The notes under the pieces are model-generated. The model was not told the DNA's origin and did not search any database. It saw nothing but the letters and a program-made list of their open reading frames with translations. DNA of 64,000 bases from Pontibacter sp. G13 (GTDB lineage Bacteria > Bacteroidota > Bacteroidia > J057). Location: positions 1,295,576 through 1,359,575 of the forward strand of contig NZ_CP134696.1 in NCBI RefSeq assembly GCF_031851795.1, given 5' to 3'. Shown in pieces: positions 1 to 9,574 of this stretch (position 1 is the stretch's first letter; each line of letters opens with the position of its first letter). Made by a program: the position numbers and the translations under genes.

Positions 1-681
1 GATGTAAACCACATCATTGGGGCGAAGGAAGAAGTACTCGGATTCCAGTACATCGGTGCTCCCAAGGTTGAGGTAAGCTTTTTTGATTTTGCCGGATTCG
101 GTTTCGCGCAAGATTTTGACGCGGGTAGCATTCGCGAATTCGGTCATTCCACCAGCCATCCCTACTGCTTGGAGCAGGGTCAGCTTCTCTTCGAATACAT
201 AGTGCACGCCCGGCTGCATGAATTCACCCAACATGGTCACCCGGAAATTGGACAATTTCACGGTGGTGGTCACCTGATTGTAGTGATCTGCATATTTGGC
301 ATCCAAAGAGTCTTTGATTTGCTCAGTGGTCAGCCCTTGCACATTAATGGAGCCCAAAAGCGGGAGATCGACATTCCCGGAGTCATCCACCGTGTATCCC
401 TTGAAGAAGAGATCACTTTCTCCGCTACTGACAGAACTCAAGTTTTGGTTGAGGAAATCAATCGTGCTTTCCTCGTTTACATTCACCTTGATGGTGAGAT
501 TGTCGTAAGGGCGAATTTTGTAAGGCTGACGAAGCGCCGCCTCATTGATGGTGGCTGGAGCCATGTTGGCATCATCCACATCCTGCAAGTACACCATGTC
601 CTTATGGGAAATGCAGGAAGAGAGGAGGAGCAATAGTAGGAAGGGAAGGAAAGTTTTTGTTGCGCGTTTGTTATGCATCAT
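1..681 (-). CDS. Polysaccharide export outer-membrane protein (Wza/BexD Poly_export + SLBB family), partial; C-terminus lies beyond the window start
   Basis: My own reverse-complement translation from the ATG at 679-681 gives MMHNKRATKTFLPFLLLLLLSSCISHKDMVYLQDVDD...QPYKIRPYDNLTIKVNV... This is a lipoprotein-type signal (LLLSSC) followed by a Poly_export-like motif. The ORF is not in the supplied track because it runs off the window edge. The + strand ORF 169..636 is its shadow. Confidence 0.6.
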   Translation of the reverse strand, partial: MMHNKRATKTFLPFLLLLLLSSCISHKDMVYLQDVDDANMAPATINEAALRQPYKIRPYDNLTIKVNVNEESTIDFLNQNLSSVSSGESDLFFKGYTVDDSGNVDLPLLGSINVQGLTTEQIKDSLDAKYADHYNQVTTTVKLSNFRVTMLGEFMQPGVHYVFEEKLTLLQAVGMAGGMTEFANATRVKILRETESGKIKKAYLNLGSTDVLESEYFFLRPNDVVYI

Positions 682-1352
682 GATCCGGTCTCTGAGTGTT
701 GCCAAAAATGAGAGGACTAATCACACGGATTTTGCAAATAAGAATTTGCTGATTTTCCAAACGAAGGAAAATGAGATCCATTGTATAAATCGGGAAGAAC
801 GATGTAATAGCCATCCAGATGGGAGATCTTCCCTGTAAGAGCGATGGCCAGAAGGGCAGTCAATCTGGTCAAAGGTAGGAAAAAAGCATGCCAGCTTGGT
901 TTCCATATCGCGAATGCATCAAATCCCATCTTGAATGGCAATTATCTTTCAATGAATTGTCAGATTCCTGCTTGGGGTAGCCCACACAGTTAGACACTTG
1001 CCCATAATGCCCTGTATATCTCTATAATGAACATTCAGGCCTTTTTATGGCAGGCGGGTATTTTTCCCAGCTTTGATAAGACTTGATCAATTTATCCACT
1101 AAATGTATAATTTTAATATCATAATTTATGAAAGTACCAACAAGACGAGAATCACATCATATTTGGTCTCTATACCATTGCGGTTCATAGGGACTTAATG
1201 ACCGGTGGAATACAGATTTTTGCAACCAATGACAATTCCTGCAATTCCACGAAAAATTCTCATGAAATTTGCTTCTGTCCTTTACCTGCAGTCTTGTACA
1301 GATTGACTGGAGAAACACCATCGTATATAATCTGTCTAATTCTTGATTTTAT

Positions 1353-2354
1353 ATGTCATTTGAATCGCAACATGTATTGCTGACCGGAGTAGCGGGCTTT
1401 CTCGGTTCGAACCTATTGACCAAGATGCTCGGTGACGGGCATCGGGTGACCGGAATTGACAACCTCTCCCGTGGATTGATGCGCAACATTGCCGCGCATG
1501 CAGACAATCCTAACTTCCAATTCATCGAAGCCGACATCACGGATGAAGCCACTTTCGAGGGTCTTTCCGACGATTTCGATGTAATTGTCCACCTTGCTGC
1601 GTTCAAAATCCCTCGCTACGGAAATGCCGTTGCGACCCTGACCATCAATGCCAAGGGTACCGAATTGGTACTTGAGTATGCCAAAAAATTGCACGTCAAG
1701 TGCGTATTGGCTTCCACCTCAGATGTGTATGGCATGAATCCAGAGTTGCCGTTCCGCGAAGACGGCAACTGTGTATTGGGCGACTCCAAAGTGCCTCGCT
1801 GGGGATATGCGGTATCCAAGCTCTTTGATGAGCACTTGGCCTTGGCCTACATGGAAGACCACGGATTCCCAGTGGTATTGCTCCGATTCTTTGGATCCTA
1901 TGGCCCACACCAACACCTTAGCTGGTGGGGAGGTCCTCAGTCTGTATTCATCGAAAAGATCCTCAAAGATGAGGTCATTCCGATTCACGGTGATGGCTCC
2001 CAGACGCGTACCTTCACTTATGTGGACGACACGGTCGCGGGTATCTACGCTGCCACCATGATGGAGGAAGCCAATGGCGAAATCTTCAATATCGGTGCAC
2101 ATCAAGAAATCACCATCCACGAATTGGCCAAACTTCTCAAGGAAATCTCCGGTACTCCCGGCGAATTGAAAGTGGAGTTCATTCCTTACGACCAAATCTC
2201 ACAAGGCCGTAAGTATCAGGATGTCATGCGCCGGGTGCCAGACACGTCCAAACTGACCCGCATGTTGGGCATCACTGCTCAGGTTCCCCTGGAAGAAGGG
2301 CTTCGCAGAACCTTCGAATGGCAAAAGGAAATCCTCTCCCAAGAACACGCATGA
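1353..2354 (+). CDS. NAD-dependent epimerase/dehydratase (SDR; UDP-glucuronate decarboxylase / ArnA C-terminal-like)
   Basis: 333 aa. N-terminal Rossmann motif LLTGVAGFLGSNL, extended-SDR architecture and a catalytic YxxxK region (YAVSKLF). Its stop overlaps the next start (ATGA at 2351-2354). Confidence 0.8.
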   Translation: MSFESQHVLLTGVAGFLGSNLLTKMLGDGHRVTGIDNLSRGLMRNIAAHADNPNFQFIEADITDEATFEGLSDDFDVIVHLAAFKIPRYGNAVATLTINAKGTELVLEYAKKLHVKCVLASTSDVYGMNPELPFREDGNCVLGDSKVPRWGYAVSKLFDEHLALAYMEDHGFPVVLLRFFGSYGPHQHLSWWGGPQSVFIEKILKDEVIPIHGDGSQTRTFTYVDDTVAGIYAATMMEEANGEIFNIGAHQEITIHELAKLLKEISGTPGELKVEFIPYDQISQGRKYQDVMRRVPDTSKLTRMLGITAQVPLEEGLRRTFEWQKEILSQEHA

Positions 2355-3694
2355 AAAAAATAGGAATTATTGGAGGTGGCTTTATGGGGATGACCCTCGG
2401 TCACAAACTCGCCAAAGCCGGTGCCTCCGTCCAAGTTTTTGAACGTTCCTCCCAGGTTGGCGGCCTCGCCACTTGGGAGGACTACGGTTCATTCACCTTT
2501 GACCGCTTCTATCATGTGATCCTGCCGGGTGACCAATTCCTGCTCGACATCATCCGGGATCTGGGGATTGAAGATCGGCTGGTCTGGCAGCAGACCTACA
2601 CCGGTTACTATGTGAATGAGCAGTTCTATGACATGAGTACCTCCATGGACTTCCTGAAATTCCCTCCTTTGGGGATGTTCAGCAAAGGCCGATTGGCACT
2701 AACCATCCTGAGAGGCTCCCGCATCTCGGACTGGAAATCTATGGAGCAGATGACCATTGAAGAATGGCTCGTCAAGATCGGAGGTCGCAATACTTTCGAA
2801 AAATTCTGGAAGCCGCTACTGCTCGCCAAGTTGGGCGAAAACTACAAACGTGTGTCAGCGGTATTCATCTGGACCTATATCAAACGCCTGTTCGAAGCAC
2901 GTGACAGCTCCTCTGCTGAGCGCGCGGAACACATGGGCTACGTTTCAGGGGGATATAAAACTGTCTTTGATGCGATGACAGCATCCGTAGAATCTCACGG
3001 AGGCACCATCCATACCAACGCGGCAGTCACTCAGATCGAACCTGCTCCGGAGGGCGGAATGCTGGTACATACAGAAGCTGGAAGTACCCATTTTGACAAG
3101 GTGATCTTCACCAGTCCAGTCAATGTCCTCCAAAAGGTGGCCGCACCCGGATTGATCGAGGTACAGCAAGATGGCAGAGAAGTGGAATATTTGGGGGTCG
3201 TGTGCATGGTTCTCAAGACCACCCGATCGTTCACTCCTTACTACGTACTCAATTTGGCGGATGACAAAGTGCCCTTTACAGGCGTCATTGGCATGTCTAC
3301 TTTGGTGGACAAAGCTGACACGGGAGGATACGAACTCACCTATTTCCCCAAATACGTGCTGTCGACAGACCCCATTCTCCAGAAATCCGATGAGGAACTG
3401 AGCGAATGGTTTATCCAAGGAGTCAAATCTCTCTATCCAGATCTGAAATCCGAGGAAATCGTCGAAGCCCATATCAACCGGGCCTTCAAGGTACAGCCTT
3501 TGCAGGTACTCAACTATTCAGACATCGTTCCCAAATCCAAGACGCTGCATCCTGATATGTACGTGGTCAACACTTCACAATTTGTGAACGATACTTTGAA
3601 TAACAATTCTGTAGCTCGACATATCCACAAATTTCTGGAAGCCCACCAGAAGTCGCTCCTATCCGAACAACCTGAAACTACCCACCAGCTCTGA
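2351..3694 (+). CDS. FAD/NAD(P)-binding oxidoreductase (amine-oxidase / protoporphyrinogen-oxidase-like fold)
   Basis: Dinucleotide-binding motif KKIGIIGGGFMGMTLG...FERSSQVGG at the N-terminus. The ORF track starts at 2318; the MKKIGIIGGG start at 2351 overlaps the upstream stop by 4 nt, which fits translational coupling. Confidence 0.7.
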   Translation: MKKIGIIGGGFMGMTLGHKLAKAGASVQVFERSSQVGGLATWEDYGSFTFDRFYHVILPGDQFLLDIIRDLGIEDRLVWQQTYTGYYVNEQFYDMSTSMDFLKFPPLGMFSKGRLALTILRGSRISDWKSMEQMTIEEWLVKIGGRNTFEKFWKPLLLAKLGENYKRVSAVFIWTYIKRLFEARDSSSAERAEHMGYVSGGYKTVFDAMTASVESHGGTIHTNAAVTQIEPAPEGGMLVHTEAGSTHFDKVIFTSPVNVLQKVAAPGLIEVQQDGREVEYLGVVCMVLKTTRSFTPYYVLNLADDKVPFTGVIGMSTLVDKADTGGYELTYFPKYVLSTDPILQKSDEELSEWFIQGVKSLYPDLKSEEIVEAHINRAFKVQPLQVLNYSDIVPKSKTLHPDMYVVNTSQFVNDTLNNNSVARHIHKFLEAHQKSLLSEQPETTHQL

Positions 3695-3721
3695 TCGGTC
3701 CCACTGGATCGGTTCGTTCTT

Positions 3722-4759
3722 ATGGGGAAGTCCCCGCCATTCCCCGGCGCAAGCCTGAATGCGGGTCGTTTCGAACATCACAACAGCTACCACAGCATGA
3801 GTAAACTCGTTGCCAGCTTGTCCTTGGACCTGGATGACCAGTGGACATATCTCAAGACCCATGGGGATGAATCATGGCAGTCTTATCCTAGCTACCTGAA
3901 TTATGCAGTGCCGAGAATCCTCGATTTTCTGGACAAGCATCAGACACCCATCACCTTCTTTATCGTCGCTCAGGACGCGGCATTCGACCACAACCACGAT
4001 GTGTTGAGAGAGATTGCTGTCCGTGGCCACGACATCGGCAACCACACCTTCCACCACGATCCGTGGCTGCATATCTACTCCGCCGAAGAAATTCATGAGG
4101 AATTGGGCCGTGCTGAGGAGCATATCGAGCGGGTCACAGGCGTGAAACCCAATGGCTTTCGCGGCCCGGGCTTCAGCTTTTCAGATACCGTCCTCAAGGT
4201 ATTGACAGAGCGTGGATATCGATACGATGCCTCCACTTTCCCCAATATCCTCAATCCATTGGCACGAGCTTACTTCCTCGCTACCAGCAATTTGAGTAAA
4301 GAGGAACGCGAGCAGCGAAAAGGCCTATTCGGAAGTTGGTCGGATGGATTGCGTCCCAACAAGCCCTATCAGTGGAACTCCAACGGTACACATCTGCTGG
4401 AAATCCCGGTGACAACCATGCCAATGATGAAAGTCCCGATCCACGCGAGTTACATCCTGTATCTAGGAACCTTCAACTATTCGCTGGCGATCTCCTACCT
4501 CAAATTTGCCATCAACATGTGCAAAATGACGAGAACGGAGCCTTCCATCTTGTTGCATCCACTGGATTATCTAGGATGTGACGATACCGAAGCACTTTCC
4601 TTCTTCCCTGCGATGCGGGTAAAGAGCGACCTGAAGATCCGGATCATGGATGAGATGTTCCGCCTACTCAACAACCATTTCGATGTGCGCACCATGGATG
4701 GCCACGCCGATCACATCATGAGTCAGGGCAAGCTCAAAGCCAAGTTGGTTCCGGCCTAA
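3722..4759 (+). CDS. Polysaccharide deacetylase (NodB/CE4 family; ArnD/LgmC-like)
   Basis: NodB motifs are present: TFFIVAQDAAFDH...RGHDIGNHTFHHD. Start is ambiguous (ATG 3722 or ATG 3797, MSKLV...). Confidence 0.75.
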   Translation: MGKSPPFPGASLNAGRFEHHNSYHSMSKLVASLSLDLDDQWTYLKTHGDESWQSYPSYLNYAVPRILDFLDKHQTPITFFIVAQDAAFDHNHDVLREIAVRGHDIGNHTFHHDPWLHIYSAEEIHEELGRAEEHIERVTGVKPNGFRGPGFSFSDTVLKVLTERGYRYDASTFPNILNPLARAYFLATSNLSKEEREQRKGLFGSWSDGLRPNKPYQWNSNGTHLLEIPVTTMPMMKVPIHASYILYLGTFNYSLAISYLKFAINMCKMTRTEPSILLHPLDYLGCDDTEALSFFPAMRVKSDLKIRIMDEMFRLLNNHFDVRTMDGHADHIMSQGKLKAKLVPA

Positions 4760-4836
4760 CCCTTCCCAAACCCTCGATCCCCCTATTCCCCGGTCATCTG
4801 GGGAAGTCATTATTGAAAGCAGATTACCTCGCGAAT

Positions 4837-5268
4837 ATGAATCGTCAAGACCAGATGATGGAGTCGGCCGAAAAGCCTCGGTCCGATTTTTACTTGGGGT
4901 TGCTGTATCTGGGTGTTGATATCCTGATCAGTGTAGCGGCGCAGTTTGTCCTCAAATACGCCATGAATGGGCTGGGAGAATTTCCGACCGGAGCTGATGC
5001 CGATGTACTCGGGTATTTTTGGAATATGGTGAATCTTCCCATTTTCATCGGACTCGGGTTGTATGGAGTAGGCCAAGTGGTGTGGCTGCTTTGCCTCCAG
5101 AAATTGGATCTCAGCTTTGCCTATCCTGTAGCCACTTTGCAACACGTCTTGATTTTTGTGGGAGCTTGGTACCTATTCGATGAACAAATTAGTTTCCTCC
5201 GAATGGTGGGTCTAGGCATCATCATGTTAGGCGTAATCCTCATTTCAACAGATAAAACAGCATCATGA
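4837..5268 (+). CDS. Small membrane protein, ArnE/ArnF-like (SMR/EamA-type) flippase subunit 1
   Basis: About 140 aa with 4 predicted TM helices (LGLLYLGVDILISVAAQFVLKYAMNGLG...). Paired with the next gene through an ATGA overlap (5265-5268). The ORF-track start 4813 is TTG; the first ATG is 4837. Confidence 0.6.
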   Translation: MNRQDQMMESAEKPRSDFYLGLLYLGVDILISVAAQFVLKYAMNGLGEFPTGADADVLGYFWNMVNLPIFIGLGLYGVGQVVWLLCLQKLDLSFAYPVATLQHVLIFVGAWYLFDEQISFLRMVGLGIIMLGVILISTDKTAS

Positions 5269-5627
5269 GCGCACTGATTTTTGCAATTGCCAGTGTATTG
5301 ATCATGGCTTCTGCACAGTTTTTGTTTAAAGGAGGGTTAATAGATCAACCTGAGATCCCGGAAAGCCCTTCACCTTTCTACCGAATCATAGATTTGGTAT
5401 TCCGTCCCAAGATTTTGGGCGGTCTCTTACTCAGCGGCGTTGGAGCCGGCCTGTGGTTGCTTGCACTATCGGACCTCGAGCTGAGTTATGCATTTCCCTT
5501 TTTGAGCCTCAACTACATCATCATTCCCATCGGAGCGGTGGTGCTGTACGGAGAACGGATTGGAAAAGTCCGCAAAATGGGAATTGGCCTTATCTGTGTC
5601 GGAATCCTATTCATTGCGTTTAGTTAA
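5265..5627 (+). CDS. Small membrane protein, ArnE/ArnF-like flippase subunit 2
   Basis: 120 aa with 4 TM helices (IFAIASVLIMASAQFLFK...). Translationally coupled to the preceding paralog. Heterodimeric SMR-like pairs of this kind are typical of Und-P-aminosugar flippases. Confidence 0.6.
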   Translation: MSALIFAIASVLIMASAQFLFKGGLIDQPEIPESPSPFYRIIDLVFRPKILGGLLLSGVGAGLWLLALSDLELSYAFPFLSLNYIIIPIGAVVLYGERIGKVRKMGIGLICVGILFIAFS

Positions 5628-5952
5628 TGAATAGCATTTTTTCGAAATTTTCATTATTGGAACTTTCAGTCCTATCTTCACCCTTGATCATCGTCTAGAC
5701 ACCTGTAGCAATTTGACTATTAATGCTTCATTACTAGCCGATGAAACGGGCAGGACTCAGTTTCTTTCCAGTTTTTGGTAATTTGACTTTTGGTGAAAGC
5801 CTCATGAAGGTCAGCCAGTTTTAGCGTGAAATCGGTGATTTACTTTATTCGGAGTATCCATACTCCAACCGCTTGACGTGGGCTTCCCATGTCTCATGCT
5901 GGGATTTGCATCTTCATTAGGCCAACTACACAAAGCCGTTCAGGTGAAACAC

Positions 5953-7092
5953 ATGGAGATCAAGGAAATTGCACCTAGCCAAATGTCCACAAATGGCGTT
6001 CATGAGCAGCCCAAGACCAAGCTGCCCATGATCACCGTTATCACCCCTGCCTACAACGAAGAAGCCATCATCTCCAAGAATCTTCAGCGCCTCTGTGATT
6101 ATATGGAGCGCTTTGAGAATGACTATCGATGGGAGATCCTCATCGTCAATGATGGTTCAAAAGACAAAACCGCCAAGCTCGCCGATGCATTCGCCCAAGA
6201 ACGCAAGGAGGTAAGGGTCATTCACCACGCCTTCAACCGCAATTTGGGGGGCGCACTTCGTACGGGTTTTGCCAATGCGCTGGGCGACTATATCATCGTC
6301 ATGGATCTCGACCTCAGCTATGCGCCTGAGCATATCGAGACGATGATGAAGAAAATCACCGATACCGGAGCCGATATCGTGGTTGCCTCGCCCTATATGC
6401 CTGGTGGGAAAAATACCAAGGTGCCCAAATTCCGTTTGTTGCTCAGCAAGGTCGTGAACAGGTTCATGCGCCTGACTGCGAATAGCGACATTCATACCTT
6501 CACCAGCATGGTACGGGTATATCGGAGCGATTTCCTCCGCCAGCTCAACCTCAAATCCAATACTTACAGCATTATGCCAGAAATCATCTACAAGTCTCTC
6601 ATCTTGAGGGGACATGTAGAGGAGATTCCGGCGCATTTGGATTGGAGTTTCCAAGAACAAGCCGTAGGGCGTACATCCAGCATTCGGATTTTCAAGGGAA
6701 TCTTGGCAGGTCTGATGTCGGGGTTCATTTTCCGTCCCTACGCATTCTTCATGTTCACGGGATTCCTATTGCTCCTCGTATCGATGTATCTGATTACGTG
6801 GATCTTCATCAACACCATCGGGATCATTCCTGAACTGGCAGTTGGGGAGACCTTCTTCGATGATCGATTCAGCCGAGCTGTTGCAGAGGCTTTCAACAGA
6901 CGCCCTCACTCCTTCATTGTGGGCGGTGTCACGCTGATCGTATCACTGCAGTTTCTTGGCATTGGATTCCTCTCACTCCAGAACAAACGCTACTTCGACG
7001 AGCTGTTCCACATCAATACTACGAATTATCGTAACCTATTGAATCTACAGCTTGGACAGAATACCGATAAGAAGGACGACCTACATGCGTAA
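5953..7092 (+). CDS. GT2 polyprenyl-phosphate glycosyltransferase (ArnC/LgmA/GtrB-like) with C-terminal TM domain
   Basis: GT-A motifs ITVITPAYNEE...ILIVNDGSKDKT...DLDLS and a DXD, followed by two C-terminal TM helices as in ArnC/DPM1. The ORF-track start 5878 is GTG; 5953 is the first in-frame ATG. The true start could be as late as 6028. Confidence 0.8.
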   Translation: MEIKEIAPSQMSTNGVHEQPKTKLPMITVITPAYNEEAIISKNLQRLCDYMERFENDYRWEILIVNDGSKDKTAKLADAFAQERKEVRVIHHAFNRNLGGALRTGFANALGDYIIVMDLDLSYAPEHIETMMKKITDTGADIVVASPYMPGGKNTKVPKFRLLLSKVVNRFMRLTANSDIHTFTSMVRVYRSDFLRQLNLKSNTYSIMPEIIYKSLILRGHVEEIPAHLDWSFQEQAVGRTSSIRIFKGILAGLMSGFIFRPYAFFMFTGFLLLLVSMYLITWIFINTIGIIPELAVGETFFDDRFSRAVAEAFNRRPHSFIVGGVTLIVSLQFLGIGFLSLQNKRYFDELFHINTTNYRNLLNLQLGQNTDKKDDLHA

Positions 7093-8314
7093 GCTTCTCA
7101 AATTCATTCCTTTTCTTGTCCTGTACATCCTGATTATCGCCATTTTCGGAAAGGAAGACCTCAAGGGAGACGAAGGTAGATATATCTATTATGTAACGAA
7201 TCTGCTTCAGGGATTCTATAGTCCGACAGAAAATCCATTTCTGCGAAATGGGCCGGGTTATCCACTGTTTCTATTGCCATTTTACGGGATCGGCTTTACG
7301 GTGGGAATGCTCAAATACATGAATGCAGCCTTGATGGTGGGCGCTTTGTATTTTTTCGAAGCCACCGCCAAACGTCTCGTCTCTCCCAAGATTGCTTGGC
7401 TGGCGACGGTTGCACTGGGACTTTACTTTCCCATCTACCGATGGTTGGTCCTACTCTCACCCGTGGCTTTGTCGATCTTCCAGGTGGTCATGGTGATGTA
7501 CGGAGTTGCCAAAATCTGCGAATCCCGGAAATGGGACTTGCGGACCATTGGCTGGACAGGAGCCATGCTCGGATTTCTTGTGCTCACCAAATACATATTC
7601 GGGATGGCCATCATGGCCGCCAGTGTATTGGGAGCTGTAGCATTCGTGGTATGGAGGAAAAAGAAGCTATTCTCCCTACTATCCGTCATGGGGATCGCAT
7701 TTGCCTGCTGTATTCCCTATCTCATCTATACCTATTCCCTCACCGGACGGACGATGTATTGGGGTACCAATGGAGGGGAACAGCTCTATTGGATGTCCTC
7801 TGATATGGAAAATGAATGGGGCAACTGGTATGGCCATACCGAAGTGCTGGAAAGGTTGGAGCCCAAGCTGAGTGCCAATCACACCGCCTTCTATCGGGAA
7901 GTCAAAACGCTCTCCCACATGGAGATGAATGACCGATTCAAGGAACAGGCCATCGCCAATATCAAAGCGAATCCCACGAATTATATCAAGAATTGGCTCG
8001 GAAACATGAGCCGTCTGTGGTTTGGGTTTCCCAATTCCCACAAACAACAAAGCCTGAAGGCCTATTTCTACCTCATTCCCAACATGTTCCTGGTGGTATT
8101 CCTGCTGCTGAGCGTCATCCCTTTGTGGAAGCAGTGGCACCGAATCCCCCTGTACCTGTGGGCTTGGGCCACGTTCTTTGCGATCTATCTGGGCGGGACC
8201 AGTATTGTCACTGCCATCCCTAGATATTTGCTGATCGTGATGCCCTTCCTCATCTTGTGGCTAGCATACGTTGCCGACCGGTTAATTACCCTCAAGATTC
8301 ATCCGCCAGAATGA
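7085..8314 (+). CDS. GT-C family glycosyltransferase (ArnT/PMT/LgmB-like polyprenyl-phosphate-sugar-dependent transferase)
   Basis: Polytopic membrane protein. The N-terminal loop DLKGDEGRY fits the ArnT/PMT family. There are many TM segments throughout. The in-frame ATG at 7085 overlaps the GT2 stop by 8 nt (ATGCGTAA). Confidence 0.7.
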   Translation: MRKLLKFIPFLVLYILIIAIFGKEDLKGDEGRYIYYVTNLLQGFYSPTENPFLRNGPGYPLFLLPFYGIGFTVGMLKYMNAALMVGALYFFEATAKRLVSPKIAWLATVALGLYFPIYRWLVLLSPVALSIFQVVMVMYGVAKICESRKWDLRTIGWTGAMLGFLVLTKYIFGMAIMAASVLGAVAFVVWRKKKLFSLLSVMGIAFACCIPYLIYTYSLTGRTMYWGTNGGEQLYWMSSDMENEWGNWYGHTEVLERLEPKLSANHTAFYREVKTLSHMEMNDRFKEQAIANIKANPTNYIKNWLGNMSRLWFGFPNSHKQQSLKAYFYLIPNMFLVVFLLLSVIPLWKQWHRIPLYLWAWATFFAIYLGGTSIVTAIPRYLLIVMPFLILWLAYVADRLITLKIHPPE

Positions 8315-9477
8315 AAGACCGTTTCAAAGTCATGAGCTTGGTAGGTGCCAGGCCTCAGTTCATCAAACTAGCTCCCTTGTGCCGTGCGATCGAGCAGTTC
8401 AATGCGCGAGGAGGTGTACAAATCGATCACTTCATCGTGCATACCGGACAGCACTACGATCACGGTATGTCTGATATCTTCTTCGAGGAACTTGAAATTC
8501 CTCGCCCTGACCTCAATCTCGGGGTTGGTTCGGGCAAACATGGCGCCCAGACCGCAGAAATGCTCAAAGGTACCGAAGACATCCTCTTGCAGGAAAAACC
8601 GGATATCTTGGTCATTTTTGGAGATACCAACTCCACAGCTGCAGGCGCACTTGCCGCAGCCAAACTTCACATTCCCATTGCCCATATCGAGGCGGGATTG
8701 CGCAGTTTCAATCGAGATATGCCCGAGGAGATCAACCGCGTCATGTCGGATCACCTCTCGGACATTCTCCTCGCTCCTACCCCGACTGCCATCGAAAATC
8801 TCAAGAGAGAAGGGTTGGCAGATCGTACAGAAAGCAGTGGAGACATCATGTATGATACCGTGATGTTTAACACGAAGCTGGCTCGCCAAAAGTCGACACT
8901 GATCCAAGATCTCCAACTCGAAGGGCAGTCCATCGCCTTGGCGACCATTCACCGCGCGGAAAACACCAATGATACCCAGCGATTGGAGACCCTGTTGAAC
9001 AAGCTCAATGAGTTCGCAGACCATCATCTTCCTGTGGTATTCCCGATGCATCCGCGTACCAAGAACATGCTGCCAAACGTCCTGCCGGATTGGAAGCCGA
9101 GCCCCAATCTTCGGGTGATCGAGCCAGTGGGATATCTAGATATGTTGGCCCTGATCGACCATGCGAGACTTGCCTTGACGGACTCTGGGGGATTGCAGAA
9201 AGAAGCCTTCTTCCTGAACACGCCTTGCATCACGTTGCGAGACGAGACTGAATGGGTAGAAACCATCCAAGCTGGCGGCAACCGTCTAGCTGGAGCTGAT
9301 CCTGAGCTGATCGATGCAGCCATAGCAGATTGGGCGCAACGTTGGGCAGATCAGACACCAGATTTCACGGAAGCGATCCATGAGGCATTTGGTCGTGCTG
9401 ATTCAGCCGAAAAGACTATTGATGCCATTGTCAGATTTCTAGAAAAATCTCTTCCAGAAACCGAAAAGGTCGCATGA
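8311..9477 (+). CDS. wecB: UDP-N-acetylglucosamine 2-epimerase (non-hydrolysing)
   Basis: KVMSLVGARPQFIKLAPL...HTGQHYD...GDTNST...HIEAGLRS are signature blocks of WecB/MnaA. The MKDRF start at 8311 forms an ATGA overlap with the upstream gene. Confidence 0.85.
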   Translation: MKDRFKVMSLVGARPQFIKLAPLCRAIEQFNARGGVQIDHFIVHTGQHYDHGMSDIFFEELEIPRPDLNLGVGSGKHGAQTAEMLKGTEDILLQEKPDILVIFGDTNSTAAGALAAAKLHIPIAHIEAGLRSFNRDMPEEINRVMSDHLSDILLAPTPTAIENLKREGLADRTESSGDIMYDTVMFNTKLARQKSTLIQDLQLEGQSIALATIHRAENTNDTQRLETLLNKLNEFADHHLPVVFPMHPRTKNMLPNVLPDWKPSPNLRVIEPVGYLDMLALIDHARLALTDSGGLQKEAFFLNTPCITLRDETEWVETIQAGGNRLAGADPELIDAAIADWAQRWADQTPDFTEAIHEAFGRADSAEKTIDAIVRFLEKSLPETEKVA

Positions 9478-9574
9478 TCCACCATTCATGAAAATGACCA
9501 TTTTCACGAGAATACTTATCCGGATTGATTAAATTTATAGTGAGTAAATCTTTGGAAAACAATCTCCTTTCAGC

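Noticed and set aside
169-636. 155-aa + strand ORF at the window start
   Set aside because: It lies antisense to a well-supported Wza-like polysaccharide-export gene (minus strand, 1..681), whose lipoprotein signal and Poly_export motif I translated directly. It is a shadow ORF.
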